Source: Callorhinchus milii
Lineage: Eukaryota
Direction: 5' to 3'
Assembly (NCBI RefSeq): GCF_018977255.1
Contig: NW_024704742.1
Span: forward strand, 33,172,001-33,236,000
DNA length: 64,000 bases
Numbering within the stretch: the stretch's first letter is position 1; each line of letters begins with the position of its first letter. Shown here piece by piece: positions 25,533-38,616 of the stretch. The notes beneath the pieces are model-generated. The model saw only the letters and a list, made by a program, of their open reading frames with translations, did not search any database and was not told where the DNA came from. The position numbers and the translations under genes are program-made.

Positions 25533-28452
25533 ATCTTTCACGAAGGGAGGACATCCCAAGGTGCTGCACAATGAGGGGTTTGCATCCGAGCTGCGGGTTG
25601 GGTTCGGAAAGGGCGTGGGGAAGGAAGATGACTGAAGGCACAGTTGAAAAGGATGGTCTTGAAATAGGCCTTGAAGGGAAGAGTACAGTAGACATGGATT
25701 ATGAACCTTGGCCAGAGCAAGTTATTTTCATGAATTCCTTTTGTGAGGATTTGGTCTGTTTTTTCTCTATAGTTGCCAAACAGTGCTACATTATTCCAGT
25801 TCTGAATACTCTCTGTAGGAGAATATTTGGGCTATATTTTTGGAGCATGGTGGGGGGGAAGGGTTAGAAGGCTAACTTTCTAAACCATTATTGTACAGGA
25901 AAGGAGAGGAATTTGAACACTTAGGAAAGGAATTTGAGTAAATGAAGTGTTTAAAAAGAATCATTGTTCTGTCTGTATGTCAACTATTTTTTTCTAAGAA
26001 TTATAAAGTGGTATGCATCATATACTTGTTTTGTTAATTTATTCTATTTTGCTCTTATGGTTCAATAAATAGTCTATCCTTCCATTAAACCAATGCAACT
26101 TCTATTTTGTTTGAGATTAACTCATATGCCTTACATTTGTACACCAATAAGAGTACATTCTATGATGGTCTCTTGGAAATAAGAGAGACCGTCAACCTTC
26201 GATTATTAAGAATTAAGAAAAAGATTTAACATTGGTTTTAGACTTTTGAATGATTCATAATCTGTTTATTTATGTGCAATATAAATATGTTATCTCGCCT
26301 TTTAGAAGCACACATTTTGAAGTTTTGATGATATTATTTCTCTAGCTCTCAGTGAGACTTTAATTACCGTGAAAGCATATCCTTTGACAATATGGCTAGA
26401 GGATTTTTAAATGGGACTGAGAAAACTCCTTGATGTTAATATATACAATATTGAAGGATTTTCTCAACTGAATGAATAAACCATGAGTGGTATGGTAGGG
26501 CATTGTGTTAGAGCACAAACATCCAAAGCAGTGGATTGATGAGAGAATATCCCATATTGCTAAAATGCAAACAGCTTCCCCAAGGTGGGAAATTGAATTT
26601 GAAAGGAAGCCATGCTCAGAACCTGCTTCTTCACATGCGAGTATTTTGTTCAGAGGAACAATAGCAAAGGTGCAGAAACAGTTCATCTGTTCCACCCTCC
26701 TGACTGCATTTGGTACAAGGCCAAGGGAAAGCTGTCCCATTGATATTTAAAAGTTAGAGAAATCCGAATGAAGAAACCAAACATGGTAATGTTTGAGAAT
26801 TCCTGTTTGTGAAATCCTATGGAAGCAAATTTCTGTTTCCATGTTCTCAAAATGTATGCAGTTGCTTTGCAGAAAGTAGTGTTGCAAAATGATTTAGAGA
26901 AGTGGACGTGCACATATCTAACATATGCCGACCTTAATTTTAAAAAATCTTTGCTTTTGATTGAAAAGTGGGACTTGCTGTTACTTTTCCTAGGTGTTTC
27001 TTCCTTCAATCCTATGTAATCATGAAAGGTAATCACTTTGCATGCCATCCTATCAATGTGGTCTAGAATTAATTCTGTCTTTTTCAAGCTAATACAACAG
27101 AGAGTTTGGGTGGTAATTTTAGCTGTTTGCATTTGTACTTTGAGTTTTCTTTTTGGAAAATAACATTCTGTGTCAAGAGTGTTTGGAACTAACCATGCTT
27201 ATATTTTAAATCTGAGCAAGCTGAACAAATATACAAGATGTTGGTACACAAAGTAGGTGTGTATCTGTCTAAAGCAACATGAAACAAGGAGACAAATGCT
27301 TTACTGCCCTATGGATAAATTCTTCTTCAGATGTGATTGCCCTGCTGGGGCTGCAGGTGAGAAATTACCTGTAGCCAGTTATTTTAGGTTCATGCTGGAA
27401 ATGTCCTCAAAGCTGTGTTTCATCAACTTAACACAGGAACAGGAGTCAGACATTCAGTCCTTCGAGCATTATTAGATAATATTTAGATCTCAGTGCCATA
27501 ATCTGCAACACGCATGCTATTTCTAACACAATTCAGATCTCTTGTAAGAGAATTTACTTTCAAGATGCTGAGTCTTTAGGGTTAACATTTCAAAAATAAA
27601 GTATCATTGAATTTGTGATCTGCATCATTAAAGGATAAATACTCATTAGTTGGCTAACATAAAGCATCTGTTACAAATTAAACAGCCATAAAGGCTTTGG
27701 CTTTTCAATTAAATCAATGCTTACCGAATGTAGAATGAATTATATCTTATGTGGTGTGTTTTCATGGAATTGTAATTCTGATAATATATTGCTTACTGAA
27801 TACATTTGCCAATGTTTAAAAGAATGTAGAATACATTCAAAGTCGTCCCATAGGTATATAACTTTACATAAATCTGTTTAAGATTTCCTTCCTATAGAAA
27901 TAAATCTCTTGACAGTTGCTTCATATTGGTACCAAATCCTTGCATAGAAAGTGATTATACATAATAGTTGGTTATGTTCAATATTTACTGCCAATGACAT
28001 ATTTCAGAGCACAGTCATAACTAATACAAAATTGCTTGGCTGTTGTATTACCAACAAGCTTCAATCACGATCACGAATTCAAACTTCATGTATTTCCAAT
28101 TCTTTTATAATTTTCAAGCATCTTCACAGAATCAATTAGATTAGCTTAACTGGAGACAAAATGCACAAACTCCTTTTTTTAAACAAACTGCTCGTAACGT
28201 GTGTTTACTGTGTCGTAATCTTTTCTAATTCGTATATTGGCTCAGTTCCAAATGGTGTATTGTAACCAATGCATTTATTTCCTAGTTCTGTAAACTGTAC
28301 ATGACTTGCAAACAGTCAAATAGGTTTAGATCATAAGACAGACTGTAGACAATCCATCAATCAGAAGAGATTCATTCATGGTCGGTCTTAACCTGTTTTG
28401 CAACAATAAATTGAGGCTTATGCATTTTCTATGTTTTTTTACATACCCACAG

Positions 28453-28512
28453 GTTAACAACAAAGCCAACGTTGTAACCAGCCCAAAAGAACCCGTACCT
28501 ACCCCAGCACTG
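28453..28512 (+). CDS. CAMK2D: Variable linker cassette exon [20 protein letters not shown]
   Basis: cag/gtatac boundaries, 60 nt, phase 0-0. Resembles mammalian delta [20 protein letters not shown]. Confidence 0.93.
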
Positions 28513-29071
28513 GTATACCTCAACTCCGTTGTTTTGTTTTTTGCTTTCTGAGGGGGTTACCATGTGAGAGCTCGTCATGTGTCTCTGTTCTGTTTTGTGG
28601 GGAATCCATCTGTGTAGGCAGCGTGCATTTTTATTTTTAACCAGTAGTTGCTGTGACACTGAACACGGTGGTAGTTGCTAGTCTGCATGTTGTAGTGGAA
28701 GGTCTCTGTGCCTTCCCGCATGTTGTTTTTAGTTCTCCTGGCGATGCCAGCAACAGCACCAAAATGTGACCTGCTCCAAATTCAGTAGCATAGGCTACTG
28801 ACATCAGGGAGCTAGCAAACAGAAATGCTGCTATGCACCTAGAGAAACTGCATGCCATGACTGTAGGAGATGGAGGTTTTGTTACAGGATGTCCAGATAG
28901 GAGTTGCTGGTTGTGTTAGATCCATCCCTGATTTTATGTATTTTTTAAACATCATTTGTTTTTGGTCATCATGACATTGCTTTTTAGCCTCATCATCCTT
29001 GTAGCTGGCTCGTTCACACTTTGACGACGAAGGATAAGCTTGACCAATGAGTTTTCTTTTATCTTGCTCAG

Positions 29072-29116
29072 GAGCCCCAAACTACTGTAATCCACAATCC
29101 TGCTGATGGAAATAAG
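29072..29116 (+). CDS. CAMK2D: Variable linker cassette exon EPQTTVIHNPADGNK
   Basis: cag/gtatta boundaries, 45 nt, phase 0-0. Resembles delta EPQTTVIHNPDGNK. Confidence 0.94.
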
Positions 29117-29959
29117 GTATTACAAGATATGTTCACCAGTTTAAGCATCACACAAATTGTTTCGCCAGCAGGCCTAGCACTAATCTGCAGAATGTACCAA
29201 CCAAGGAAAAAAATATACACAATCTACTATCAGAAATATCGTAGCATTCTGTGTTACGTTTTTCGAATTTCTTTCGTCTACTCTCCATTTCAGTGTTTTG
29301 TGGCCTTGTGTTTGGCTGAGGGTGTTTTATGGTGTATTCAGCAAGCTTCTGGTATTCTGTGTATTTTTCTTTGTTAACTGGTGATTTCGTAAAGTGCCAA
29401 TACAGCATGCAGTGTTGGTTATCTTGTCCAGTGTCTTGTGCCAGCTTGGGTTGAAATGCAGAATGAGTGTTTTTGCAGTTTGTGGTTCCACCTGGTACTT
29501 GTCCCATTCAATTGCTTTCTGATCATAATCCAGGCTTCAAACAAAATTATGTTTTCAGTTATATTTTCAGTGCATGTTTTATGTTATACCTGAGGTGCAA
29601 CAGGGCAATAAAGGTGTTTTTTGTTTATGATTGCGTTGGGAGTCATGTGGTCTTTTGCTTGAAAGTACGTCTGTTTGCTGCAAATTACTTTCTCCCAGTT
29701 GTTCAATAGCAGTGAGTGAAAAAGGTCATAACACGTGAATGCATAAAATGTATGTGTCCACTGTCATTTTACTGATTGTATGCTGCATCCCAGGAAACAA
29801 TGATGCCCTTCTTTGTCTGTGTTATAATGTATTTTATACAACTGTACTTTGCTCAGAATACTACTGTATAATTTAAAACACTTGAGTAACACTAGCGCAC
29901 TTTTATATATTACAGTACTAGATCAGATTGTATAAACTTTGCTGAAAGTTTGACCGTGC

Positions 29960-30170
29960 CTTCAGCTCCCCTCTCGACTCTCTTCCCCCTCCTCGCTCCC
30001 TCCCTTCCCTCCCCTCACCCTGACCATTTCCCCCCTCCTCGCTCCCTCCCTTCCCTCCCCTCACCCTGACCATTTCCCCCCTGCTCGGGTCATGACCCAA
30101 CTGTGCAGCGCCTTGGGACGTCCTCCTGACGTGAAAGGCGCTTTATAAATGGAATCTTGTTGTTGTTGAT
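29960..30170 (+). mobile_element. L2 3' tail with an internal tandem duplication of about 47 bp
   Basis: cccctcctcgctccctcccttccctcccctcaccctgaccatttcc twice, then the L2 tail and (ttg)n. Confidence 0.85.
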
Positions 30171-30522
30171 GTTGAAAGATAAAACTTTGCTTTAGTTGCA
30201 TTGTGTGTCTATACAATAATATTCATTGGTTAATGAAGCTACATCAGTACACATTAGTTTTACTTTGTCCATGTTTCATTAAGATTTGTTTACATTTTTA
30301 TGATTGGATGCTTTCATTTAAATAAAAATTGTTTTGAGTGAATAACTGCCCGCAATTTAAGGCCACAGAATTTATATATTAAAATGCTGCACAAATCTTC
30401 ACCTTGCATATTGTATTTGTGGCCTCAGCTTTTTAAGTTCACACAGAAAATTGATGAATTCTTATTCATGGACGCATAGTTTCATATTGTACTGGTGAAA
30501 TGAGGTTTGCTTTTCTCTATAG

Positions 30523-30571
30523 GAATCTACAGAGAGCACGAACACCATCATTGAAGATGAAGATGTGAAAG
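30523..30571 (+). CDS. CAMK2D: Linker exon ESTESTNTIIEDEDVK
   Basis: tag/gtacgt boundaries, 49 nt, ends in phase 1. Confidence 0.95.
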
Positions 30572-32379
30572 GTACGTATAGTGAGATTGAGAAGTAACTT
30601 AGAATCATTACTATTTGCTTAGTCTTCATATATTTATTGTGGTGCTCTTCAAAGTAGCATTGACCAGATTACTAGTGTATTTATAGCATCAAAGTGGCTC
30701 CATTAAAATGTGATAAATGCTTATGAACACTTAATTCAGTGTTGCGGATTACTAGTACCGTATTTCTGCAATTAGAACATGTGTGCAGGGAATTATCCTG
30801 AATAATTATTATCAGATCTAAAATGAGTCCCAATTTATGTTTTTTTTGGTGGTGGGCGGGTGGGGGTGGGTGGAGTTTGAAAGAAAAGTTAATTCTCTTG
30901 TATTTTCTTGACAACAAACTTTTTATCATAGATTAATGGAGAAATGACTACTGAGTTATGAGAGATTGGAGTATTTTATTTTATTCCCGAGTCCATTTAT
31001 TTACGTTTGGAGTGATCCATATTCATGTCCGTTTCTTTGGTTGTATTTCAGTTCTTTGCTGTTCAGATGCCAGTTTTCTTAAAGCATATTGGCACTTTTG
31101 TAAAGGCTGTGTCTAGATGAAATTTTAGTGATCGTAATGTATATCAGAATTTCACTTTATATCCAGCATATCGGTCTGGGTCAGTTTAGTGAATATATTT
31201 AGCGTTAGTCTCACCAAATGCACTTGGGATGGGCCAGGGACTGGACACGTTGAATTGCCTTGGACCCTAGATCACTGTGTTCAAGTCTTGGCTTTTGGGA
31301 TACTGACCACTGAGGTGTTTAAAAAGATGGTCGGTATCTTGCCAAATAACAATCGAGTTTTCTCAATTTCAAACCAAAATTCCAATGCAGTGGACCAGCT
31401 TCATCCAACAACAACAACAAATTACATTTGTACAGCGCCTCTCATGTCAGGAGGTGTCCCAAGGCTCTGGGTCACATTGACATAGAAATCAGCTTTGGAG
31501 ATCTGCCACTGCCACATCTGGGTGCATGTGATGTAATAAATATTAAATCCATCACTCAGACGACTGCAACAACAGATAGCGTCCCAGACTCCAGTATTAA
31601 GCTCCTGCATGCCACCCATTTATTACATCCATTGGAAACATGGCTATCTATTTGAGTCATCTTCTTGTGGCATTGACTGCTAATTCATCAAGGGCCCAAA
31701 ATCTACCTTGTTCTTATATTTAAGACCATTACCTTAAAATTTAAAATCATGCAGAACTTTTTGAAAATAATTAAATTTGGGGGCTCATTTTCCACCTTTT
31801 TTAAGAGGAGCTTGTGAAACTGGCTTCTATTTTTAGGCAGAATTTCAGATTTTTCCAAAATTGGTTTAAATGCTGAAACCACAAGAAATATTAAGCCTCT
31901 GGTGGGAAAGTTGCAAAATGTGATTGATGCATTGTCCTTAATGCTGTTGCATTATCAATTTCTGAAATGTGCTTTACATTAACCAGACCAAATTGGATTT
32001 TAATAAGGTTCTACCTTGCTTCTTGATGCTGAAATACATAACATAAGACAGCAATAATTTATGGTTTAGAATTTTTTTAAAAATTATTTTGTCCATACTT
32101 GAAACTATTAAATTAAATTCTTGCCCATTTTTGCCTTGAAATTTTTTGGTTCAATTAACTAACTGTTTTGAGATCTGTGCATAATTCTACATAATTTTGC
32201 AGGAATTGTGGAAGGAGAGGGTAGGGTAAAATAAAATTATACCGTTCACCAGAGTAATGAGCTATGTGCAATGATTGAACTCAGGCCCTTCAATCCTTTA
32301 AAAAAAGACATTTCGTAGGGTATATGCGATTTTAAATGGGATTGAAAAAGTAAACAGAAACCTTGTCTGGGATTCGTAT

Positions 32380-32740
32380 GAATCCATATCTCTGCGACCT
32401 ACTAAAACGTTACCAATCTGTCCACTCTTTCCAGTCGGCAGGTACTGGCCTGTTCATGTACCCTGCCCTGCCTGGTCCACCTTGGACATTTGAGCTTTCG
32501 GCCCCCACCCTCTGGAACTCTATCCTGGAGCCCCTCCACCTCCCTTTGCCTCCTTCAAGGCCCATCTCAAGACCTTCCTTTTTGACCATGCCTTTGGTCA
32601 TCCTCCTGACGCCAGCCCTTTTGATTGTTGTTGTTGTTGATTCCAACCCCCAGATCGGATGGAAATCCTTCAATGTCCAGTATCTTGAGTCATCCTCCTG
32701 ATGTGAAAGATGCTGTATAGATGAAATGTATTGTTGCTGC
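32380..32740 (+). mobile_element. L2 3' fragment
   Basis: cccaccctctggaactc...ccttcaaggcccatctcaagacc...gatgtgaaagatgctgtatag. Confidence 0.8.
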
Positions 32741-33783
32741 TGGGAACAGAGCAGGAAGCCAAGAATGAGAAGGAAAAAGAAAGGGGCAGGTTTTTAAATC
32801 TGGTTTTAAATATAAACCAACAATTGGGAAGCTTGAAAGGCCAAAACAATGGAGCTTTAAAATATAATCTAATGTTCAGTTAGTCCTGATCCATAATCTT
32901 ATGATAAAGGTATCTTTGGCACATTTGTTTGATACTGAAACAAAACAACATGCACAGTGCAGCTCTTCATTTAGTTATATTAGTCAGCAATGTGGGTAAC
33001 TGTTAGGTTCACTCAGTCTTTACTGAACTATTTAGCCTTTAATGCCCTGATGAAAGGACAACCTTGCAGAGCTGTTAATTGGGTGACTTTACTGGCAAGC
33101 TGGGTTTTCTTTTATGATTGTTATCCTGTGGGCATTGGTAACTATGTTCCAGTCCAAAATTAGCATCTCTCGGGGTCTGAGAAAGGTGGCTCGAGTTATT
33201 GCTATTTTTACCATAAGCACTGAATCTGTCATGAAAATATTGTAAAATGAGTCTCATATTTGCATTGTTTCTGCAGCATCTGGTGAAAGGTTCTATTTTT
33301 GAAGGAGAAACACAATTGAGTGTGTTGAATTGAAGTACTGTATTAAGACTTATAATTGTTGTCTGCATATTTAGCATTTTAAATGCTGGTTAAAACTTGC
33401 AATGCAGAGTAGTTTGAATGAAATGGGATTGTGGCATCTGAACAGAACAGAAAATGCAACTTATTAAAACCTTTTGACAGCAGTTTTGACATCATTAACT
33501 TCATTTATATTCATTGTTTCATTATTTCACTCTGGCATTTTTCTCCCTCCCAACATCTGCACCTTTCCAAGTACAGACTGCTCAGAGGAGTGTAAGACAG
33601 GAAGGTTATGTTTCAATCATTCATCATCCTCTTCCTCCTGCTCTACCATATCTTCTTGCTGGTCTCCATCCTTGCTCTGCCCCAGCAGTCGCTCCTGCTG
33701 TCACTGTGTCTTGAAGATCCTGGTCACCCTCTACCTTTTCATCTTTATTTGTTCATATGTTGTGTTTCTTTCCATCAATTCAG

Positions 33784-33885
33784 CGACCAAGTGCACAGAA
33801 AATGCAAACGTTAACCCAAATGCACATTCAGAGAATCAGTCGCATGAGTCAGATCCTTCACAGCCTGCACCTTCCTCTGTCCAGT
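33784..33885 (+). CDS. CAMK2D: Candidate extra linker cassette exon (A)TKCTENANVNPNAHSENQSHESDPSQPAPSSVQ(S)
   Basis: Pyrimidine tract + cag acceptor, consensus gtaagt donor, 102 nt, symmetric phase 1-1, no stop. Sits where beta/gamma CaMKII carry variable inserts. No transcript evidence. Confidence 0.6.
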
Positions 33886-36098
33886 GTAAGTCAAGAGCAC
33901 AACAGTCCCTGTGGTCCCATGGAGCAGAGGTCCCACCGTTTCTGAGCTCAGAGCCACCCAGGACATTAGGTACCCTGACCCCTGACTGAGAACCCACTAG
34001 CCCCCACACTCAGCGCAGGCTTCCTGCGATGCAACAAGACCTTACTCCTGCCCTCCCTCACAGGCTCCACAAAGGCTGCTCTGAAATAACAAATCACACA
34101 CCAGAACCATGGGAACGGGTGTCTCTCATCCGTTACTCGGGCTGCGCTGCTTCCATAGTCCAACTAGGCTTTCATAGATTTCATAGCCTCTGCACTTCCA
34201 GTGCGTCTCCCACCACCACCCAAAACGATCTTGTGGACCCAGTTTGAGAATGGCTGCCATAGAAGATTAATGTGGCTAGACTAGAAGATTAACTAGACCA
34301 TATATAGGACTGAAGACTTTTTACAAAGTGTTACTTTTACAGTAACTAAATAATGATGCCCAAAATGTCAATTTTTATGTCCTATGCTTTTTTGTCCACC
34401 AGTTATTATTGTGATGTGTATACTTTTGTATGTAAATAGTGCTACATGTACAATTTTTGTTGTGGTACAGATGTGTATTATAGTGTGAACCGTACACTTG
34501 TTTATTTCACTTTTAGGCCTGAGTGTTTCATTGCTAGTGACTGAAATATGCTCATGTGATTCAGATGTTTTTGTCACCCTGTTTTTTAAAGGGTGTAATG
34601 AAAACAGTATTATGTATGTGAAAGTCGCTATACAAATGTAATTTTGTTGTTGTACGTCTCTATTTTTGACACAAATATTTTTTGGCCTTAATAGTGACAA
34701 TGACTTGTGTAAAAAGCTCCCATCCTGTATCAGTTACCCATCATTTTTTTGAAAAAAGTTTACAAAGCAGTATGCTTCTCGCTATTGTATTAAATTATGC
34801 AAAGAATAGATGTTCCGTGTGAGTGCAGTCACTGCAGTTTGTAGCAATACTGCTGCACTCATTGCAAAACAATACTTCATCTAAAATCAAGCTGAAGAAA
34901 TATAATATTCTGCTGCTGATTTCAATATCCAGCATATCAAAATTAAGGTTCTTATCAGGATATTCCTAGGTAGTCATCTTAATTTTATTTTTGTCAAATT
35001 TTGCAGTTCGCAGTTGTGAATGATTTGGAAAGATTTCTTCAAAAATTCTTTATCTTACGTAATTGGGCATTAAGGTTGTGACCTAATAACTGGCATTAAA
35101 GATGTTTCTTCTTAATCTGATACAGCATGGTGGCTCTTGAGTACTTCACTGTGCTGCATTGTTCTCAGACAATGTTGTTAGGAATGTAATTCTGGTATCA
35201 GTGCCTAAATAATTACATTTTGTTTTCTATAGAAGAAATGTAGTACAGTAGCATTCAGAGTTATGTCTTCAAACTGATGTGTAGAGCAAACAAACAGACA
35301 GAAGGTCAGAGTTGAAATCAGTTTAGTATAAATAGCAAATTTATTCTAAAAAATGAAAGAATTGCTCATTTAGATTATTAGATAGTTGAGATACACAAGA
35401 ATTGCCTCCTATTGGTTAATGGCATAATTAAGGACTTCTGTTAATTCACAGTTTAAGCATGGTTAGCACAACTCAGAACTTAGACCTCTCTGGGAAGGAG
35501 GAAAGGATAAGGTTATTTATAGAATTAACTTTTAACTTGGTTAGTATTGATACAAATTTTTACAATTGTGGTGTTGGTCATCCCCCATTTAAGCCTGATA
35601 ATGTGGCCTTGCATCTTTATCTGGAAGACAAGATACAGTGTTGAAATACGGCACAAAACAAAGTCCACAAGCATTGAGGGAAATGTAAATGAACGTCTAT
35701 CCACTTGTTATGAAAGAATTAAGATGTCAAAATAGGCCCTGCTACAGTATAAGGTGTGGCATTTGTCTCCACATGGAGGGAGAGAAAGGAACTAAGTGAA
35801 GATGACAAGTGGCATTGGTACTTGTGCTTTGAAAATTGACAGCCGAATTTGCTCATTCTGATGCATGTTGTTGGTTATTCTCCAAACACAATTTACTGAC
35901 CCTTACTGGCGTATGTGCCTTGGTTTGGAAATTCTGATTGCACGTTTTGTGCTTGTTGTTCCTCGAATACCTTTTAGTCTTAATGTCTGCACTTGGAGCA
36001 TCAACTTTATTTGTTTTTAAAATAAGTGATTTTAAAATTTTTAAATTTTCAACAGTGGTAGCCTGAGAGAAATGGGAAATCTTTTTAGAGACTAGTAG

Positions 36099-36239
<141 letters not shown>

Positions 36240-37214
36240 TAAGCACCTTTTTTTGTTGGTTTCCACAATTCAAAATTGGTTGCTTTGTTGCTTATTGCAT
36301 AATTGAAGAGTTTGGACTTTGAACAGTAATGCTTTTAACCACTGCTTATTCTCTCTTGGAAATACAACCCCCCCAAAAATGTTTCAATTGACTTGATGCC
36401 AACCTCCATATAGGTTCCAAAAGCTATTGAAATCTTTCAAAAATGTTAGATTTACATACAATTTTATATGTATTAGATGCGATCATTACCATATACTTGA
36501 GGGTTCCCAGTCATTCTAAATATCTAGATTCAGGGAAACTGGTGCATATATGATGTTTTCAGTCTTTTATTTTACCCTCTCAATTAGTTATCCTTATTCT
36601 AAACATCTTATCCAGCAAATGCACAATCTGAAAACTCGATACTCCATATCCACCGCTTTACCTAATAAACAACCACCAGGAAGTGCACAGCAGTATCTCA
36701 GAATGAGAGTGCAGAAAGAGAAAAACATATTATATTTCACTTCAATAGATGCTGCCTCTGGATAATGGGTGTAAAATTCCCATTACCGTCACAATCTATT
36801 AAATTTTGTGGACTAAAGCAATAGCTTCATTAAACTTGCCCAGAGCCATAGAGGTACCTAATATATATTAGACTTAATGTATTGTATCATGAGTGCTACT
36901 GCACTATATTACAATATCTTAGGTAATTATGTGTAATATGACTCATTCTTACAAACTGGGTAAATTTTCACTGGGATACTACATGACAGGAGTGAAATAT
37001 TTCTGATTGGGGACATGATTGAAAAATACTATTTTGCACACAGCAGTGTCCCACAAACAGCTATGGAGTGAGTGATCAATTATATGTGTTTTTTTTGGCC
37101 AGCACAATGGGAGAAACTCCATTCTCTTTTTGAATAGTGCTGTGGGATCTCTATAGGCCACCAGAACAGGCAGACCTCAGAGTTCAGCAGTACTCATGAT
37201 ACAATACATTAAGT

Positions 37215-37717
37215 CTAATTCATATAAGGTTCAAGGAGGGCAACCAACATGATTGAGGGAATGGAAGGGGGCTGGACTATTACGAGCGACTAAGTAAATT
37301 GAGCAATTTCACGCTGGAAAAGAGAAGAATGAAAGGCAACATGATTGCTATCTTTATGATTCTAAAGTGGCATGACAATATAGATCATGACAAGCTGTTT
37401 CAACTTTTCCTGAATAGTAAAACCAGAGGACACAGCCTGCGATTGAAGTGGGGGTTAATTCAGAACAAATCTATGCAAACACTATTTCAGTGAGCGAATA
37501 GTAAACCTATGGAACAGGCTCCCTAGGGAGACGATTGAAGCAAGAAGTGTTGATTCTTTCAAACACAGATTAGATAGTTTTCTTTTAGGAAATAACATTT
37601 ATAGGATATAGTACATAGGTAGTTTGGGACATATGTGCATGCGACCGCCAGGAAGGTGGAAGGCGAACTAGATGAACCTTGGTCCTTTCTTCATGTAGCA
37701 TTTCTTATGTTCTTATG
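37215..37717 (+). mobile_element. CR1 LINE 3' fragment
   Basis: Translation F-LEKRRMKGNMIAIF..LK...SKTRGHSLRL. Ends in the ttcttatgttcttatg 8-mer tail. Confidence 0.85.
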
Positions 37718-38189
37718 GTTCATCTATGTCTCTGACGGATCTAGTGAAAACCATTGTTTCAATCCAGAAGATTTAATAGGTCATGATGGTTATGGCAATT
37801 TTACACCCATTATCCAGAGACACCATCTGTTGGAGTCAAATATAATGTTTTTTTTAATCTGATGGACATCACTTTGGACATTCCAACAAATTCCCAATGC
37901 TGTATTGGTGTGTCAGCATAGATATGGGTTCTAAATCCTGTCATGGGGCTTAAGCCCACAACCTTTTGACTTAGAGACAAGATTGCTACCATGACCACAG
38001 AGGCACAAAATAATTAATGCTACTGTAGCACAGTATGTTATGTCTGCTATTCATTGCTGATTATTTGCTTGACTGTCTTTCTAACTCTAAGGATTGTTAT
38101 CTCTCCCGAGTATCTATGATGGGGGAATGGCGTGAGATCCTTATGAACTTTGAGCAATCCTCATATTTTGAAAATAACTGATCTTTTGA

Positions 38190-38330
<141 letters not shown>

Positions 38331-38387
38331 TAAATTATGTTTTTTTTTGTGTGATCTTATTATTAAAAGTGATGCATCTTTTTGTAG

Positions 38388-38616
38388 CTCTGTCCAAGAA
38401 CAACAAGCCAATTCACACCATCATCTTGAATCCACACGTCCATTTGATCGGCGATGATGCAGCCTGCATAGCGTACATCCGCCTCACCCAATACATTGAC
38501 AGCAGCAGCATGCCAAAAACCATGCAGACTGAGGAGACCAGAGTCTGGCATCGCCGTGATGGGAAGTGGCAGAATGTTCATTTCCACCGCTCAGGAACCC
38601 AATCCGCATCTGTCAA
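38388..38616 (+). CDS. CAMK2D: Hub exon (A)[75 protein letters not shown]
   Basis: tag acceptor, AA|gtaagg donor, 229 nt. Lies inside ORF 38312..38620. Confidence 0.97.

Noticed and set aside
25178..25867. 229-aa ORF
   Set aside because: Chance read-through across an L2 tail, a SINE and flank, with no protein motif.
28748..28766. caacagcaccaaaa resembling the beta/gamma PQTNSTKN exon
   Set aside because: Too short, followed by a stop, no usable splice sites. The orthologous exon is already at 28453.
34063..34088. Possible acceptor ctccctcacag giving a short stop-containing exon (..STKAALK*)
   Set aside because: Only an acceptor-like motif, with no donor, poly(A) or homology support.
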